Shown one piece after another: positions 60,038 through 64,000 of a stretch of DNA of 64,000 bases (positions within the stretch are counted from its first letter, which is position 1; each line of letters starts with the position of its first letter). The notes beneath the pieces are model-generated. The model did no database searches. It had not been told where the DNA came from and was given only the letters and a program-made list of their open reading frames with translations. Origin of the DNA: Laetmonice hystrix (taxonomy: Eukaryota); NCBI GenBank assembly GCA_965235115.1, contig OZ249436.1:63054001-63118000 (forward strand), written 5' to 3'. The position numbers were made by a program, and so were the translations under genes.

Positions 60038-60352
60038 AGCTCGCCGTACACTTTCCCGATTTTGCCCAACTCGAATCGGTAACCATGGTTACCGACTGCT
60101 CCCGACTGCAACTGGGGCAAATCGTAGCCGATCCGAAAAACAAATCGGCAGCCAAGCGGCTCGGCGGCAGTTGACCAAAATCGGGACAATGTGCGTGGTT
60201 CCCGATTACGGCCGACTATCGTCGGCTGTCCTGGCCGCCCACACTGCATGGGTCGGGAGCGGACAATCGTGACAGTGTACGCCGGTCAGTCGGGAGAGTG
60301 TACGGTGGTCAGTCGGGAGTTGGACAAAGTCGTGACAGTGTACGGCGGGGCT
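60038..60352. mobile_element. MITE-like element with about 35-bp imperfect terminal inverted repeats
   Basis: Left end agctcgccgtacactttcccgattttgcccaactc versus reverse complement of the right end agccccgccgtacactgtcacgactttgtccaactc. The TSD is not intact. Confidence 0.65.
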
Positions 60353-62408
60353 CCAAGCCCGTTTCACTCCCAGCGCCTGTCAGGTTTCGCTTCTAAACCA
60401 GTTGGCACTGTCATCGACATGAAGCAGAGTAAGTGTTAGCTTCTTAGCTTACATTAGCCAAGTGATCAGGTTTCTGCCCTTTTTCAGGCAATCATGAAAA
60501 GTTCCATTTTCGGGAGCGAAGTATTAGGTCCTGTATCAACTCGTGTCAACAAAATTTAAGAATGTTTAACTTTCACGTTTTCAAGCCACATTCGCCTTAA
60601 GTCATACTACAAAATGCACTAAAACCTGTCCGCTCCTTTAATAGGTGGTAATAAAGCTTAAAGCCAACTTCATTACCTGGGTCTTCGTATGTTTTTATAA
60701 CAATTGTTTTTCGAGCTTCTGATATTTTAAGAAAAATACCTGGTAACTTCAAACAAGAAGAAGGAATCTCTGTACGTAGGTGTGAAAAATGTTCTTCTCT
60801 CTGGTCGATGCATCTCGGCGACAATGTTACCAAACTACAGCGGACAGGTGTTAAAAGGGCGACCGGACGCCGGTCAATAACCCCAACCCCTACCCAGGCC
60901 CACCTTCTGGTCAGGGGTTAATAAGTTTGTTTCCCATGGCTGTCTAGTGTCAATCTGTGGTTGCCATACTTAGACTAGCCAGACGTCCCATCCCCAGAGT
61001 GTGTCGGTACGAGGGACACAGACTGTCTAGCTTATTACCAACACGTGGACTTTTTTCTATTCCACCAAACCTTCCAGGACCCACCTCGAATTCGTCTCTC
61101 TCTCCTCACATGTCGCAAACACAATCAGACACGTGTGGCTTTCTGGTGGACCACTGCCAATACACAGATCTGATGAATAACAGGGGTCGACTGATAGAAA
61201 AATTAAATGACGTTCGTTGAAACTGGATAATCTTCACTAAATACACATACTGTCTCGTCCATTACCCGTACGACGTAATGTAAATCACACTGCCGTTTAT
61301 CCGGTACACAGAAACAAAGGTGAACGACTCGCATCAAACATATTTTGTACATTAGGACATTTCTGGTAATTCTGAGAAGGAAATAAATAAATATTTATAA
61401 TAATTCACAATTTTTTTAAACCTTAATATTTATTTTTTAATTTCTAATGTGCCCTTTAATCAATCAATGACATTTTAAGAAGTCCTGAATGTATGATCTT
61501 GCTACCATGCTACTGAATTCATCGAAAGGCTGTTGCCAATACAATGTCACCAATACGCAATAATCAATACCAATATCCCATCTAACGCTAACACATGAGC
61601 CCACCGTTACTCCAACTCAGCAGGATCCAGATTGTTATAACATACAAACGTCCAAACGCCATTCATGGTCTGTTCCTTGCAATGCATTCCAGGCCTTACG
61701 CTATACATCATACCCTAACGTCATTACCGCACAGAAATCTATACGTTGACCAAGTATTACTGTTATCATCACCTCCCGTATTTTACCCCCAAGATACAAT
61801 GATCCTTTGACGGTAATCCCTGCTCTCTTTTCACCCAGAGACACGTCCTGTCTCATTCGGGATTCCCTCGGGCATATGACGTCATATCTGCATATACCCT
61901 CGGGTGAAATGGGCGCCATTGGCAACCAGATACATGGCGAAATCGACCTGTGTAGCGAGGCACTGAGTGAACCGTCATATCCCATCGAGCCAGAAAGTAG
62001 TGCATTATTGAAACCTAGCTGCTTCTTGGCATCGTATGTGCAAATATATATTTTGTGGTATGAAGGGGAACGTTTGAACTGAAAAAAATCAATTACCTAA
62101 TTTACCTAAATGGGCATGATACGGTAATTTATCAAATTATGGGAAGCAATATGGCCGCGCCCATGAACGACAGCACCAAGACAGATGGTACGACTACTTG
62201 TATCATAAACATGATACTTTCGTAATATTGCCCGCTGACTATGGGAAAAACACTGGAGGCCTATTTTAGTTGCTTCCATGCCTGATGCAGGCAAAATACT
62301 GCAAGCACTGCCATGCTGGCGAGAGTCCCAGCTAAATGTACCCGCGATGCAATGCTCAAAATGGGGCCTATTTCACCCGAGGCTACTTTCGAAGATATGG
62401 CCGAGGTT

Positions 62409-63110
62409 GGGGTAGCCCGTTGCTAAGGAAGTCTCAGGCCCAAGATCTGTTGCTAGGCAACGGGCTGGTGTTATGGAATAATTGATGTTACCATGTTAAC
62501 CCATGATATGACTTTAGTGTGGGTAGGTGTGTTTCTTTTTCTCCTTGGAACCATATGAGGCCAGTTGCTAAGCATGTTACTGTTGCTAGGCAACGGGCTG
62601 CTGTTATGGAATGACTAATGTTACCAGGTTAACCGGTGATACGACGTTAGTCTGGGTAGGTGTGTTTCTTTTTCTCCTTGCAGCCATATGAAGCCAAGCA
62701 AAGCTGATACCAAGTCGCCTAGTTATGTCATTTTCCTAACTGGTGCCCAGCTTCATATAAGGAGGATTCCTGATGCCTCTCTATATGAAGAAAACCCCCC
62801 CAACTGAGTCATTCAAGCTCCGTTGCTAGGCAAGAGTAAGACTACACATGTATGTAAATGAACAGTAAGACACTGGACATCGTCTTGTTATGATTTCTCT
62901 ACTGAAAGCTACATTTATCAGGATGGGGTAGCCCGTTGCTAAGGAGGTCTCACACCCAAGATCTGTTGCTAGGCAACGGGCTGGTATTATGGAATAATTG
63001 ATGTTACCATGTTAACCCATGATATGACTTTAGTGTGGGTAGGTGTGTTTCTTTATCTCCTTGGAACCGTATTAGGCCAGTTGCTAAGCATGTTACTGTT
63101 GCTAGGCAAC
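62409..63110. repeat. Composite repeat (516-bp and 133-bp periods) rich in GTTGCTAGGCAAC
   Basis: 62409-62594 matches 62925-63110; 62449-62560 matches 62582-62690. Confidence 0.85.
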
Positions 63111-64000
63111 AAAACGCTAAAACAGGCCTCACAGGCAGGATCCAGGATGCCTCCCTATCTTTAAATAAAGAGTATGGTCCCAGGTTACTCTGTGAATATT
63201 CTCATGCTTTTATCACAAAATGCACAATTGGTCTGTATATTTGGTCTTAACTGCCCCACTAGAGGATTCCCGAATGGTCCTGTCTGCCGAACTGTTCCGC
63301 GCACCGAGTACCTACTCTCTGTACTCTGATAACTCAACACGTTCATGTTCACCTATCTGATTACCAATGCAATCATGGCGAGCTTCCATGTCCGAAAGAT
63401 GTGCGTGTACTTCAAGCTGTGAATGCTGGAGCTTCTCGGATGCCAACACTTTGTACCTTTCAGAAATGGAGCCCGTCACGCCATTTCAAATGCACAGCTA
63501 CCATTTTTATTTCTGCAGTTTTAGCTGAAGTGGTCGTGCTATTCGAATTGCACTTTCTCCACAACTACTCCCCATATATATTATACAGCTTATTGTAAAC
63601 TGAATACGCTTCTGCTCTTTTCTTTTAAAACAACTTTGCGTTAGAATCCCATCAACTTAAATAAACCCTGAAGGAAAGCGGGTTTCGATTTCTCTTGATG
63701 GAAGGTTCTTCCCACTTAGCTCTTCCTCATATCACAGTGAAGTAAACTAGTACCCCATTCTACTGTGTTAGCCTTCAATAGGACTACTGATGAAATGGAA
63801 ATGGAAACGGCCCCGACACACGAGACTTATACACCAGTGGAACACAATACTAAACCTTGAAGGGCAACCACATGATTGTATTGGACAAGTCAATTCTGCT
63901 GAAGTGTGTGTGTGTGGGTGGGTGGGAGTGGGGGGACACGTTTGGCCTTGAGAACATGATTGCGAACTGGTCCCCGACTAAACATCCCATGAATGTTCAC

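Overview
This is eukaryotic (bilaterian invertebrate) genomic DNA with no prokaryotic features. The kinase core is closest, from memory, to molluscan Apl I-type PKC, so a lophotrochozoan source is likely; that is inference. The window is dominated by a conventional Ca2+/DAG-dependent protein kinase C gene on the minus strand. I could splice 12 coding exons by hand (32685 down to the stop at 626-628; end of C1B, C2, hinge, kinase, V5 tail), all GT-AG and phase-consistent. The first four expected exons are not in the window, so 32686-64000 appears to be one intron of at least 31 kb, containing a 164-N gap. The introns carry a young split-direct-repeat (A1-B1-A2-B2) tyrosine-recombinase retroelement (19844-23574) with an intact gag, no reverse transcriptase and an in-frame RNaseH-recombinase fusion. 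They also carry a 5'-truncated CR1/L2-group LINE, Helentron/HINE-like repeats, SINE copies, a MITE and several minisatellites. The most interesting unexplained signals are: a frame-preserving 6-nt microexon candidate with a UGC motif in the PKC hinge intron; an att-like symmetric recombination core at the retroelement junction that is mirrored by its palindromic genomic target; a candidate recursive splice site in the giant intron; three co-oriented CTCF-like motifs; and an alpha/betaII-type V5 exon that predicts a second terminal exon outside the window. Nearly all other short ORFs in the track look spurious.
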